Shown: positions 13,406 through 25,964 of the stretch, piece after piece | Layout of the letters: every line of letters begins with the position of its first letter | How positions within the stretch are numbered: the stretch's first letter is position 1 | Source of the DNA: Gekko japonicus | Lineage: Eukaryota | Assembly: GCF_001447785.1 (NCBI RefSeq) | Contig: NW_015163605.1 | Coordinates: 274,787 to 338,786, forward strand | DNA length: 64,000 nt | Reading direction: 5' to 3' | The notes under the pieces: model-generated | Databases searched by the model: none | What the model was told of the DNA's origin: nothing | The model's input: the letters and a program-made list of their open reading frames with translations, nothing else | Position numbers and translations under genes: made by a program

Positions 13406-13891
13406 CTCTAATCTGACAACACATGGAAATCAAGAATGGAGCTAGACATATGAAGTGTAGGGCTATGCAGCTAGTGATCGACAAAACTGAAAATGACAAG
13501 ACAAGGTAGTAACTTGCTATACAGTTAATAGGTGGGGGTAAAACTTGTCCCTCACTCTAGATAATAATCAGGTTTACCTGTGTACCCCTTCACATTTATG
13601 GATAAAAGGAAAGAGATGAATTTGGGCATACCAGTGAAAGGCACTACACATGTCCACAGCCTGTCACCAATGGGAGTCCATTCAGAGGCACAACATGGCT
13701 CTGTGTATAGACACACATGTATCCCAGTGGGGAATCCAGCAACAAACAGGTCCTCCCATGAACAAATGCTGTTGTTATTAAACACATTTGGTAGTATTTG
13801 TCCATGCCTATATGGAGACGTGTATTCACACACACACACAAGCAGCAACTCTGACGGGAGGAATTTCGTGTAAAGCAAAGGCTCCTCTTAC

Positions 13892-14013
13892 CATGGTTGA
13901 GAACGCCTTCTTCCAATAATACTTGCCACATGCCCACGGCCTGTGTCCGTAAATGGACGCACGAACTTTGCTGCATCATCCAGTCTACTAGTTCTGTTCC
14001 AACGCAGCATTGT
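13892..14013 (-). CDS. RAPGEF4: RAPGEF4 coding exon (exon 9), [43 protein letters not shown] domain core
   Basis: 122 nt; ccctcag|A acceptor, G|gtaaga donor; phases fit both neighbouring exons. Confidence 0.98.
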
Positions 14014-14624
14014 CTGAGGGAGGGAAAAAAATAGATTACACTTTTAGTGCTTACAATGCCCCTAATGGTGACAGGAACTTTATAAGTCATAATAATTTAC
14101 CAATAAACTGAACCAGGTCAGGAGAAGGAATCTGCTTGAAGCAATTATCGGGAATAATGGCACCAAGGAACACTGCTTCAGCTAGTTTAGTCCCAGAAGA
14201 CATGATGTTGATTTATTCAATACAGTCTCCTCACCTCACCGGGAAGGACTGTCTGGGCTGAGTGACACAGTGGCTTGGATCCACTGGGACATTTCTGCAG
14301 GCATTTCTGCCCGTGGACCGTGACTTCCTTGTTCCCCCCTCCTTCTTCAGCCCAGAATGGCCTCCTGTACAGAGGGACAGAAGATTCCCCAGGAACAGAA
14401 TTTTGAGGGGCGTTTGGGGCCACAAGTGAGAAGGGGAGGTGAGAAATGTCCTGGCTCTTTAACAGAGATTTAATGGTTGGTCATTTACCAGATGATGTTC
14501 TTTACCTCCATGCCATGAAAAGCTTCAACATTTCCACACATTAAGCCTTTATTAAAGGGATGGGGCAGTTTTTTCTAGGCCCATTGGCAACCCTAATTGA
14601 TATGCATCGCTGGCTGTTGCTAGG

Positions 14625-14893
14625 AGGAAGAGATTGGATTTATATCTGGCCCTTCACTTGGAGTCTCAAAGCGGCTTACAAACTCCTTTCCCTTCCCCTC
14701 CCCACAACAGACATCCTGTGAGGTAGGTGGGGCTGAGAGAGCTCTGACAGAAACTGCTCTTTTTCAAGAACAGCTCTTATCAGAGCTACGGCTTGCCCAA
14801 GGTCATCCAGGCAGGTGCAAGTGGAGGAGTGGGGAATCAAACCTGGTTCTCCCAGATTAGAGTCTGCACACTTAACCACTACACCAAACTGGC
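14625..14893 (-). mobile_element. Squam3-like tRNA-SINE, near full length
   Basis: tRNA head gccagtttggtgtagtggttaag with B-box ggtttgattccc, CORE-like body, (tct)n tail. Confidence 0.9.
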
Positions 14894-15549
14894 ACTAGAA
14901 GCGTTAGAAATTATATAAGTGTATGAAAGAAGAGCATAAAAAGTCAATAACCCCCACTTGCCAAAATTTGAGAGTGTAAGGGACAAATCACCCTAATCTG
15001 GGTGATCTGAGCTAGTCCAATCTGGTCAGAATCTAAGTAGGGTTGGCCATGGTTAGTACTTGGATGGGAGACCACCACAGAAGCCCAGGGTTGCTATGCA
15101 GAGGCAGGCCAGGGCAAACCACCTCTGAACGCCTCTTGCCTTGAAAACCCTACAGGGTCTCCAGAAGTCAACTGCACCTCGACAGCACTTTCCATCACCA
15201 AGAGAGAGGTCAGCCTGTCCCTTCCCATCAGGTTTTGCAAACATTTGAAAACAAAGGGGAGAAATCCTTCTTGCTGCTTTCGAATATCTTCAGAGCACGG
15301 TGGAATAAAGGAATTGCTCACTTCATACCCTGCTACAGCAGCACTCAGAAGCAGCAAGAACAATTCTCACACCTTCTGAGCATCTGCAAAGCTTGGTACA
15401 AAATGAGAGGTTGATCTTTCCTTTCTAGGCACCAGGACACCAGGGCTTAGAGGCAACCACAAATAATGACAAGCTACAAAGGCCAGTCACGATGCATAGG
15501 CAGCTGGTAAAACAGCAAGGTCACTAGCACAACTCTATGGTGCTAGACT

Positions 15550-15810
15550 AGGACTGAGCCTAAAAACGTTTTCCTGGGAGCAAGTCCTGTTGAATGAACT
15601 GAGCAGGGTTTTATGTAAGTAGACCTGTTTAGGATGACTCTCCTAAGTGCAATCACCCTTCCAAGTCTATTGAACCCAGTAGGTTTAGAAAGGTATAACT
15701 ATTCAGGACTGCACTGCAAAACTGCAGTCCTATGCAGTGTTACTCCTGTTCTAAACCCTGTGAATTCAACAGACATAGACTACAGTTAACTCTGCACAGG
15801 ATTACTCTGT
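15550..15810. repeat. Three adjacent short palindromic MITE relics (relatives at 3545-3856, 24250-24330, 41419-41478, 54310-54385, 56415-56513)
   Basis: gca(a/g)tccta...taggat/caggac arms around a central ttgaa. Confidence 0.55.
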
Positions 15811-16839
15811 AAGGCTACCCTTTCTGTACGTTTAATTCCCACTGTGAGCACAACACAAATAAAATATTATCTTGTTCCGTACAATTGCCCATATGGCAAA
15901 AGCATCCCTGTGATTTGGCACAGGACAAGGAGATTCTTTACTCAAGAGATATAGCAGAACTAATTACAGCAGTAATTTATAATTAAACTGGCTGTATTTA
16001 GGAGAAAGGTTTCACAGCGCCTTCTTGGTCGTTCTGTGCCTGGTTTCATAGTACTTAATTAAATTTCCAAGTTTGTTGTTTTTTAAAAATGACATGAAAA
16101 GGAAAAGAAATAAACTCTTAGGGAAACGTTACTTCAAAGAAACTTGTTTCTGTGGTGCTATTTCAGCTTTCAGGGGGTTAGAGACAATAGAACTAGGAAA
16201 TGCCTCAACAAGACTCCCTCTGAGGTATATTTCAAGTTCCACTGGGGGATTGTTGCAATGGATTTTAACAGCATTTATTGTGGTTACTTTTAAACCTAAT
16301 AATAACTATATCAGTGTTAATCAACAAAGTCAGCACCATCCCTTCTTTCTGACACAAAGGGGTTGGTACTTCTGGAATGCGTACATACCCATTTAATAAT
16401 AATAATAACAATTTAATAATACCAGTCAAGGCATGTGAGTTACTGAAGGGCACTGGAGCAATACTCTTATATGATGTGAAATCCAGGTGAAGAGGTCCTT
16501 TAGCTGTTCTCAAATGTTAAATAATGCTTTCATCAGATAGTCCCAAGATCCTCAACCTTGTTGAGCCTGTGAGCACTTTTGGAATTTTAAGGAAGTTAAG
16601 TGGGCATCACCACAAAATTGCTGCCATAGAGGGGAGTAGTCACAAAATGGCAACCAGCCATGGGGGGATTAATCATGTTTGGAGGTTCCAGGCCACATAT
16701 TCTCGTTATGATGGAGGCGGCAGCAGTCTCTAATGGCTGCTTCCTGCAGGCACAAATACTTTTCTGAGCATGTCCTGCCACTTCCCCAAGCAGGCAGTGG
16801 AAAGCCTGGGTAGACCCTTTTCCTTGAAACATTGCTTGT

Positions 16840-17017
16840 GCTCTTTTTGTAGCAGGAAGTCCTTTGCATATTAGGCGACATACCCCTAATGTAGCCAATC
16901 CTCCAAGAGCTTACAGAGCTCTTCTTACAGGGGCTACTGTAAGCTGTTGGAGGATTGGCTACATTAGGGGTGTGTCGCCTAATATGCAAAGGACTTCCTG
17001 CTACAAAAAGAGCCCTG
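16840..17017. mobile_element. Palindromic MITE with ~75-bp inverted arms
   Basis: ctctttttgtagcaggaagtcctttgcatattaggcgaca... / ...tgtcgcctaatatgcaaaggacttcctgctacaaaaagag. Confidence 0.88.
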
Positions 17018-17138
17018 CTTGTTTTCAGTTTCCAAAGAAAGAGGAATTGTTTGCTCTATAGAATTCTACAGGGAGAGGTTCCCAAACCCAGTGAAGGCCC
17101 TGGTAGAAATGAGCTGGGCACATTTGGTCGCTCAAGTA

Positions 17139-17499
17139 TAGGGTTGCCAGGTCCCTTCATTGCCGTGGCAGGGGGATTTGGGGGGCCTTCCGGGGGTGGG
17201 CAGGGACATTGTGTGATATGCTGATCTCACCTGGAAGTGACATCAGCATATTGGGGGAGATGATGCTCTATGATAAAAATGGCCTCAAACTATAGAGTTT
17301 TGCTCAAAAAGTAGAGTGTCCCCCCCCCATGTCACTGACATGCTGACATCACTTCCGGGGGATGTCAGCACACTGCCTGCAGTGTCACTGTTGGGGGTGG
17401 TGGTGGGAATTTCCTCCTGCCGGCCAGCTGGCCAGCAGCAAGCAAGAGCCCATGAAAGCGGTGGAATCCTCTGCCCCCACCTGGGGAATGGTATCCCTA
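17139..17499. mobile_element. Older TAGGGTTGCCA-type hAT MITE (relatives at 3107-3443 and 37137-37508)
   Basis: TSD ctcaagta/ttcaagta; the 37137 copy has cttatcac/cttagcac; shared central ctctatg...atagagttt motif. Confidence 0.8.
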
Positions 17500-18159
17500 T
17501 TCAAGTAGTAGGGAGAAGATTTAAAGTCCCTGTTTTATTCCATTCAAGACCCTTCAGATTTTATCCCCGAGAAGGAAGTGGGCACCAGGAAACACATCAG
17601 CAGGGTCACATGCTGGGATGCACTGAGACGGACAGTAGTCTTGTCACAAACCTTAACCTTCTACCATTCAATAATCAAAATATACTGTTGACAAATTTGG
17701 GGCTATATAAGAATCCTTTTCACATATTCTAATAAGGTAGAAAGAGCAACCATTAAGACAGGGGTGAAGTATTGCAGACTGACTACTCTAAAACTAATTA
17801 TGGCCAAAGACCAGCTCAGAAATACCAGCAATGGTACATTAAAAAAGTTGCATAAATTACATCAAAATGAGCAAATATAATCCATTAGATTACTATAGAA
17901 CAAAAATAATCTCTAGTAGCTGCACAGCATCTGGCCACTTTAGCTGTGATCCAAAGCTTATGATCTGAGAGGAGATCATTAGGTCTACATGGAATTTTTT
18001 GAAGAATAGGAATAATAAAATTATGAGATCACAATCAAAAGGGCAATATAATAGGACATGCCCAGCAGTTTCAACTCCCCCACTTTCACAAGGCTATGTT
18101 GAAATGTATGTGCATAAACATATCCTCACACAGGGCACTCTGCATGATCAGGAATATCA

Positions 18160-19325
18160 AGGATTCCTGGAGCATGCAGAGACAGGTGTAGTGAGGTGGC
18201 ATTACTATGCAGATGACACTCAGCTTTATTTTTCCTTAACAGGTGAACTGGATGGGTGTACAGAAGTCCTGAAAAGATGTCTGAAGAAGGTAATGGTTGG
18301 ATGAAGACCAATAAACTGGATCTCAACCCAGAGAAGACTGAGATACTCTCAGTCAATGACAATGCTACTTGATGACTGAGGAGTCAGCCTGTCCTAGAGG
18401 GGTTTCACTCCATCTCATAGAAACAGATTAATAGATTGGGAGTGCTTCAGCCAAAATCTCAATGCTCAGGTCTCCTTTGTCGCACAAAGCACCATGACCT
18501 GGCCATGGTGATACATGCACTGCTCACCTCCAGGTTAGATTATGAGGGTTGCCAGCTCTGGGTTGGGAAATACCTGAAGATCTGAGGTATGGGACCTGGG
18601 AATGAAGGGGTTTGGGGAAAGGAGGGACCTCAGTGGAGTCTAATGCTATAAAGCCTACCATCCAAAGCAGCTATTTTCTCTAGGGGAACTGATCTCTGTA
18701 GTCTGAAAAGCAACTGTAATACTAGGAGATCTTCAGACCCTGCCTGGAGGTTGGTAACCCTGTATTGCTGTAATGCGGTCTATGTGGGGTGTCTTTGAAA
18801 ATGGTGCAGGAATTTCAAAATGTAGCAGCCAGGCTACTATTAGGGGCTGGGTCATGAATTGTTATCACGTCCATGTCCGTAGTGAAAAATCGTCATAGCT
18901 GCCCATCTGTTTCCTGGCACAATTCAGTGTGTTGGTTCTTACCTATAAAGCTTTAAACAGTTTTTTTTAATGTGCTGGCACCTCACCTGCGGAATATCTC
19001 CCCCATTGAGACTTGCTTGGTACCTAATATATTCCTGTTCAGGAGCATTTCTTTTTACCCAGACTTTTAATGAAGGGGGTGATCTAATAATTTGTTTTAT
19101 TACAATCAGCTTCTAGCCTGAGTACTGTTATGTGGACCAGTTAGGCTGCCAAATGTTTTATTCTCTGGGTTTTTATGTGCTTTTATGCTTCTGGCCTTTT
19201 ATTGGCTGCTTCATAATGGCTGTTAATTTTTATAATTTTACGCCATTATGCTTTTCTGTTATTGTATTTTTGTAAGCCGCCTTGAGCAGCTCTCTGAAGA
19301 GGTGACATATGGATGGTCTAAATGG
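18160..19325 (+). mobile_element. Decayed L2-type LINE fragment, interrupted by a MITE at 18545-18761
   Basis: RT motif YADDTQLY, then LNPEKTE-like sequence; 3' tail tgtaagccgccttgagcag. Confidence 0.75.
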
Positions 19326-19771
19326 AATACAAACACACACATTTCAAGGTAAATTTGGGGTTGGAGCTTATTGCCAAGATCCTGCTCCCCACCATATGTT
19401 TGTTTTACCCCAATTAAAACATCTCAAAAGGTTGTTTATAAAATGGTGCAAGAACATAATATCTCCACTGAACTTGCTAGAATAATACCTGGAACCTTAA
19501 ATTTAAATGAAAACAAAATAACTGGGAGGGGGAGCAGTATCTCTCAGTGGAACTCTAGAGGAAATCTGCCTGGCCAGTTCACTGATGCTGCTTCGTTGCC
19601 AAGTGATGATTAAAAACCAAAACAAAACCTAGAATAGTTCAGTGTCCCCCCAAAACCACTTATCTTACAGAACTCTATTGGTGCTATGGTGGCGAGATAA
19701 TAGTTGAAAAGTATAAACCTTGTTTAAATAAACTTCTGCTTAGCATTTTGGATGATTTGTTTGTTATGACT

Positions 19772-20014
19772 TAGGGTTGCCAGGTCTCCCCTAGCTACCA
19801 GAGGGGGATGGAGGTACGGTAGCCAGATCCAGGTTGGGAAACTCTTGGAGATTTGGGGATGGAGTCTGGGGAGGACAGGGATCTCAGCAGGGTAAAATGC
19901 CAGAGAGTCAATTTCCAAGCATCCATTTTCTCCAGAGGAACAGATATCTGTAGTCTAGAGAGTAGCTGTAATTCCAGGGGATCCCCAGGACCCACCTGAA
20001 GGCTGGCATCCCTA
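19772..20014. mobile_element. Abundant GGGTTGCCAG-terminated MITE (copies at 8222-8456, 18545-18761, 23045-23225, 23640-23882)
   Basis: Shared body ccattttctccag.ggaac.gat.tctgtagtct.gaga...gtaattccagggg; termini resemble the hAT MITEs above. Confidence 0.75.
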
Positions 20015-20844
20015 TGAAGGCCCTGCAGATTTTGTTTTCTTTATTGTTGTGGGGCCCTTTGGGTATGATTGGTGCAAAGAGTGCAATTCACATGCTTTAA
20101 AAATGTAGAAAAAGAGTATTTACAGCTTTACAAAGAACTGCAGCTGGATGAAAATCCGCTTTGATCCTGTAATTCTGACAAAGAGATCTGTATAACACAA
20201 AAGACTGGAGGTGGAATGAAATATATCCTTTAATCTATTTTGCTTCTATGAAATTAAATAATTCCTACTTCCTCAATTACATTTACTAAAGAAAAAAAAT
20301 CATCCTTGTGGTATTTAATTCAATTTCTTCCACTTCCTAAAAAGAATGAGCTCAATTGCTGTTATACATTAAAATCCATATCGGAAGGAAAGAAAAAGAC
20401 ATGAAATTCCCCTGCCTTCAAAACTCCTATCCCGCTGAAGCCATACAAATAAATCATTTCAACAAGGCACTGCTGCCACCACCAGGATACACAGAAGCAT
20501 AAACTAAAAACAGAAATTTACTGTAAATAAACTTGCCAAACCTGTAACAGGCAGATACTCTGGCTACAATTCAAGACATAACCTCACATAAAATGTATCA
20601 TTGGATACATTATGGAACCCTGATCAAAAAGGTATCCCATGTAGTTTTCTGTCCTACTTAAACCAGGTTGCCTGACCTAGGTGTGGGGATGTTAGCAGGC
20701 CCATTATTGGTAGCTACAATGGGCAATACTACACATAATACTGCTACCATGAATACTACTGCCTTGGATCCTGCACCTTCTTTCCTCTTTCGCTCCTCTG
20801 CGTCCCCTGTAGACTGGTCCTCTGCTGCAGAACTGTGTTCTTCA

Positions 20845-21178
20845 GGGACTAGGTGGGCAGCTCTTTGGTCTGAAGCAGTATTTTCAGAAGTTTCAGTCCA
20901 GTGGCACCTTTAAGATCAACAAAGTTTATTTAAGGTATGAGCTTTTGTGTGCATGCACACTTCCTCAGATACCCACCTGGATCTATCTTCATGGAAGGCA
21001 CCACATGAAGCCACATGGAATGGAACTCTATCAACCTTATGGTAAGTTCCATTTCACTATATCTGAGGAAGCGTGCATTCACACTATATTGGAGGAAGCG
21101 TGCATTCACACGAAAGCTCGTACCTTGAATAAAACGTTGTTGGTCTTAAAGGTGCCACGGGACTCAAGCTTTGTTCCT
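20845..21178. mobile_element. Penelope-like element remnant with inverted terminal copies and hammerhead-like motifs
   Basis: ggcacctttaagatcaac...cacttcctcagatac is followed by its inverse, atctgaggaagcgtg...gaaagctc...ggtcttaaaggtgcc. Confidence 0.7.
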
Positions 21179-21823
21179 CAGGCACTAGGCACTTTCTCTA
21201 ATGCAAGACCAATCCTGATGGCACCTGGGTTTTGGCCATTGACTGGATGGGCCATTGGCCTGTATACAACATGGCTTCTCTTACATTCTTATGTCTTTGG
21301 AAGAGCCAAAGAGTTCCTAGCACAAGAGGAACATGCTCCGCAGAGGAGGACCACCTCCACTACAGAAGGACAGTGCAAGAAGAAAGAAAATACAGGACCC
21401 CACCTCCATACTTATCAGTTAATCTTACATACCCAGCACCACATTGAAATCAGGCCAGAATTACTCATTTATTTCAATTATACACCACCTTTCTCCCCAG
21501 TGAGAAACTGAAGTGGTTTACATTGTTCTCCTCTCTTCCACTTCATCCTCACAACAACCACAAGCAGGAGGTTGGGGTGAGACTGTGTGGCTGGCCCAAG
21601 TTCACCCCATAAGCTTCCATGGCAGAGTGGGGATTTGAAGACCTCTAACCACTGCACCACACTGTCTTCTGATGGAGTTCCGTGGGCTGACCTCTGTCTT
21701 GGTTGCGATTACAGTAATCACCCAATAAGTCCAGGTCTTTGGAGATCTCCAGGGATGGCAAGGCTCAACTAAAAAACACAATATGATATAAAAAAAAATC
21801 CCATGCAAACATATCACATATAC

Positions 21824-21930
21824 CTGTATGTCTTCAGGTGATATTTGCGGTCTCTTATCATGTGAGGTGCTCTGGAGAGGATTGCATTCCGTAATACCTT
21901 CCCAGCTCTCAGGATTTTTTCTGATGGAAC
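21824..21930 (-). CDS. RAPGEF4: RAPGEF4 coding exon (exon 8), [35 protein letters not shown](R), start of DEP domain
   Basis: 107 nt; ctccaag|GTT acceptor, AG|gtatat donor; near-identical to recalled human sequence. Confidence 0.98.
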
Positions 21931-22269
21931 CTTGGAGAGTGATGAAGAAGCAACAAAGAAAACAGTGAGCATATTTTAAATGGCCATGGCTTCTAGAAAG
22001 TCAGGATACGACACCAGTCTTGGTTACGATAGTGCTCTTTGCATAAATATTCTTCCGCAATTCTGTTAACACAAAGCTTTCATACAATAATGGGGCTTGT
22101 AAGCTTTACTCTAGTTATATGTACCTGTCTATCTTCCGGCAATGTTGATGCATCACCAATTTATTGCTAAAGCAGCATCCTGGTTAGTAATGTTGCAATG
22201 GCACAGGATTCAAGGCACCCCATTCTAAGAATTTATATCCTGGTGCACTGAGCTTACAGATCACTGCTC

Positions 22270-22610
22270 AGATCCAAAGTTCTATAAGTGGAGAGGTTTG
22301 TGGTCCATTTGCCTGGTCCATGCATTTACATTTTTGACAGACCACCCACGGACGGTGATTTGTTTTCAGCTGTCCATTGGGTCCACTGGGTGGTCCATGG
22401 GCCAGACATGTTGGTGCCCAGGGAACCTTTTGAAGCCATTCTGCTGCTGCTGTGCGGTGCCAGTGAGTTCGGGAGGCATTTAAATGCCTTCTTAGCCCAC
22501 TTCCGGGTTGCACCAATCACGGACCTCACGAACCACGAACTGGTTCGTAAATCAGGAAAGTCCATGGAAGTTTGTGTTTCATAAAATTCACAAACCACAA
22601 ACCTCCATGG
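22270..22610. repeat. Probable DNA-transposon relic in intron 7
   Basis: Inverted ends gaggtttgtggt / accacaaacctc; internal cacgaacc repeats. Confidence 0.5.
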
Positions 22611-22831
22611 CCTCCATCCCTGATAGGCTCCATCTGTGAGATCAAAGGATCCAACTCGTATTCCAGAGTATTTGATTCGTGCACATTGTATGTAATGGGG
22701 TTACAGAAGGGGGGATAAATCACATGGCATCACTACTCTGATATCATACTAATAACATCTCAATATTTCCTTCGTGAATTATTTCCATTTATCTATCAGT
22801 CTGGGGCTGTACTATAACTACCACCCATTAT

Positions 22832-22885
22832 CTCTGTAATGGTTTTATCTGGTCAAAGTGGGATGTGATGCTCAATGAAAGGAGT
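22832..22885 (-). pseudogene. RAPGEF4: Pseudo-exon: decayed RAPGEF4 exon 7, TPFIEHHIPL*PDKTITE
   Basis: Exactly 54 nt after an intact acceptor (attttatttttcag). Aligns without gaps to recalled human TPLIEPHVPLRPANTITK. TGA at 22855-22853 replaces the Arg codon, and the donor reads GAG|ataatg. Confidence 0.88.
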
Positions 22886-25785
22886 CTGAAAAATAAAATG
22901 GGGGGGAGAAGTAATATAAAAATGAGAATAAAAATAAATGTGAAAGCAGGCGGTTTAAAATAAATGAACATACTAAAACAAATTGGAGGCTGAAGGGAGT
23001 CAACAATTCTCTGAGCCCCACTTTGCCTCGTAGGACATCATAAGGTGGGATTCAACCTTCCACTCCTGGAGATTGGGGGGGAGGACAAGGACTACAGTTG
23101 GGTACAGTACCATAGAGTACACTTTCCAAAGCATACATTTTCTCCAGGGGAACTGATCTTTGTATTCTGGAGATGAGCTCTAATTCCAGGGGATCCCCAG
23201 GCCCCAACTGAGGTTGGCAAACCTCATTTTAGGAGTCCTAATAGCTCAAAAAATGGTGCATGACTTTAAAAACAAATAAATGTTTTTTAGAAAGATCTAT
23301 CCATATCCCGTTGCGTACTGAATAAATATTCTGTGCTCTTCATCCTAGTTGCCATGGTGACCCCATAGTGTTTCAGAGGAAGTTTGCCATTGTCTGCTTC
23401 CACATCACAACCTTGACATCACAACCCATTATTACTATGCTACCTCCCCATAGGCCTCCCAAAAAAATGGGGGGGAGATAACGTTTGCTGATTTCCCCTC
23501 CCCGCAAGGCAGATCTCCAGCTTTTCACTTAGACACAATGCTCTAATGGTCAGCTGGCCGGTGGTGGGCTGAAGCTCCAATGGTCAGCTGGCCAGTGGTG
23601 GGCTGAAGCCCCCAAAACCAGGGGAACCCACACCCCAACCTGGGGGCTGGCAATCTTATCTGGGGATCCCCTGGAATTACAGCTTGTCTCCAGACTACAG
23701 AGATAATCTCTCCTGGAGAAAACTGATACTTTTAGAGGGTGGACTGTGGCTTTGTACTCCACTGAGGTCCCTGTCCTCCCCAAGCACCACCCCCAAATCT
23801 CCAGAAGTTTCCCAACCTGGATCTATCAGCCCTACCCCCCCCCCATCTCCCACTTGTGGCCAGGGGAGACTTGGCAACCCTACCACTGATCCATGGGGAA
23901 ACAATTTCTAGGGGCACTGATGACTGCAGCTGGAGGGAAGAGACAGGAATGTTACAATTTATTTCAGTACAGATCTGATGGCTCTGCATGGGATTCAAGC
24001 CAGAATCATTAATGTGGAAAATAATGGGACCATTGTCTGCACATGATATGGGAATGCACTAATCTCATTTCTTCTGGCTTTCGTTTGTTTTATGATGTAA
24101 TGCTGATTTAATGCTGTTGCTGGGTTATTTCAAATTGTGCATTGATTGATGTTTATTGTTTATGTTGTTTGAAATATGTTGTAAGCTGCCTCAAGCACTT
24201 TTCTGGAGAGGCAACCAAGAAGTGATTTATCAAGTGATTGATTTTTGGAAGTACAATCCTAATCACACTTAACGGGAAAGCCCATTACAATCAGTGGAGT
24301 TTACATCTCAACCACTGTGCACAGGATCATGTAAAAACATCTTTTGCAAATAAATGTAACACAGGCATTAAAGCATTTTTGTGTCTTTCCTTCAATCTTA
24401 TTAATTTCTGAAATATTTGACACCAACCTGTTTTTTGATTGCATCTTTAATTTCATTGTACTATGTACAATGACAATAAAGTATATTATTATTTCCCCAG
24501 GAAAGTGGGGCTATCACAATTATGCCACAGATTTATCAATTATTTTGTTGGCTTTGTATTATATTTGACTCTGTAACATCAGTTTCAGAATTATTTGCAG
24601 GCAGGTGTCTGCAGTATTCTTTATACGATTCTATGACTGACTACACAAATCTTGGTTTTTAAAAGGTTTCCTTTTCCAATTTTTCTGCCAAAGTTGAAAG
24701 AATAATTGTGAAGATTCAAGGAATTCATTTTGCCATTTTCAGTCACAGTTGCCAAATGTGCTACTCACGTGCGCGTGACTTGTCAGGAGAACTGAACCTT
24801 GAAAAGGGCTACTGTGTTTCTCACCATAATTACTTTTCCCAGCAACTGTCCAACTGCAAAAACTAATGGAGCACGTTTGCACGTCTTTATGCACACTGAT
24901 CGAATCCCACAGAATACATGGCAAAGGGACAAGAGCATCCGATGCGTTTCTGACCTTATCGCATCTTGCAATCCAGTGCCACTCTTGACGCAATCATTTT
25001 ATGCAGTCCCCAAAAATGTTCTCAGATTCCAGCATCTAACACAGTTTTCTCCCACATTCAGCATATTAGCATTTTACTATGGAATTTATGACTTCTTATT
25101 ATTTCCTGCCTGGTGTACCTCTGAGTGGATTAGATCCAGACTAAGTTTTTGGTTGTTGTAATTTGTAAGTGCCTTCCATCACCAGAACAGAACTTTCCTA
25201 CCTTCCCCCTCCCAATGCGGCACATAGAGCTCCCCATAATGCTGCTTTGGAGTGACAGGAGATCTTCAGGAACAGCATGAGGTACAGATCAGGGGTCCAC
25301 AGCAGGAAAGAGGAACTGGTGGAAATGACATTTCTCCTTCCGTTAGTAGGAAATTGTCTGGATCGAGCCCATCTGTTTGAATCTGCTCTTCTGTCCTGTA
25401 CCTTTGTGAATGAACCCCTGAGCTGACTTAATATTAGTTGTTGCTGTATTGCTTCTAGGCTGACTTGGTTCTCTTGCTAACTTGGTCTGTTTTATTACTC
25501 ATTCTTTTTTTAATGTTAACTGTTCTTTTTGACGATATTGCTCTGAACAGTTCTCCCTGGGCAGCGGTATATAAACCACCCACATAAACGAACAAATGAA
25601 TTTAAATATAAACGATGGTGCCATGCCAAGATATCTCATGCTACTTTAATCAATTATTCTCATATGTCCATTATTTATTTGTTGAAAACAGAACGATCTC
25701 ATGCTACTTTAATCAATTATTCTCATATGTCCATCATTCCATGTGCAGACATGTGACTTTTAAAAAATGCAACTCCTCAAAACAT

Positions 25786-25964
25786 TGTTGTTGTTGTTCA
25801 GTCACACAGTCGAGTCCGACTCTTCACGACCCCATGGACCCCGTCACGCCAGGCCCTCCTGTCTTCCGTTGTGCTCCAGATTTTGCTTAATTTCATGTTC
25901 GTTGCATCGATAACACTGTCTAACCATCTCATCCTTTGCCGTCCCCTTCTTCTTTGACTTTCAA
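25786..25964 (-). mobile_element. RTE/BovB LINE 3' end
   Basis: (caa)n tail; encodes RRRGRQRMRWLDSV...GVVKSRTRL; 9-bp TSD tcaaaacat (25777-25785 and 25965-25973). Confidence 0.92.

Noticed and set aside
15268-15298. Minus-strand CUGAAGA...GAAA hammerhead-like motif
   Set aside because: No stem II and no UH cleavage site after GAAAGC.
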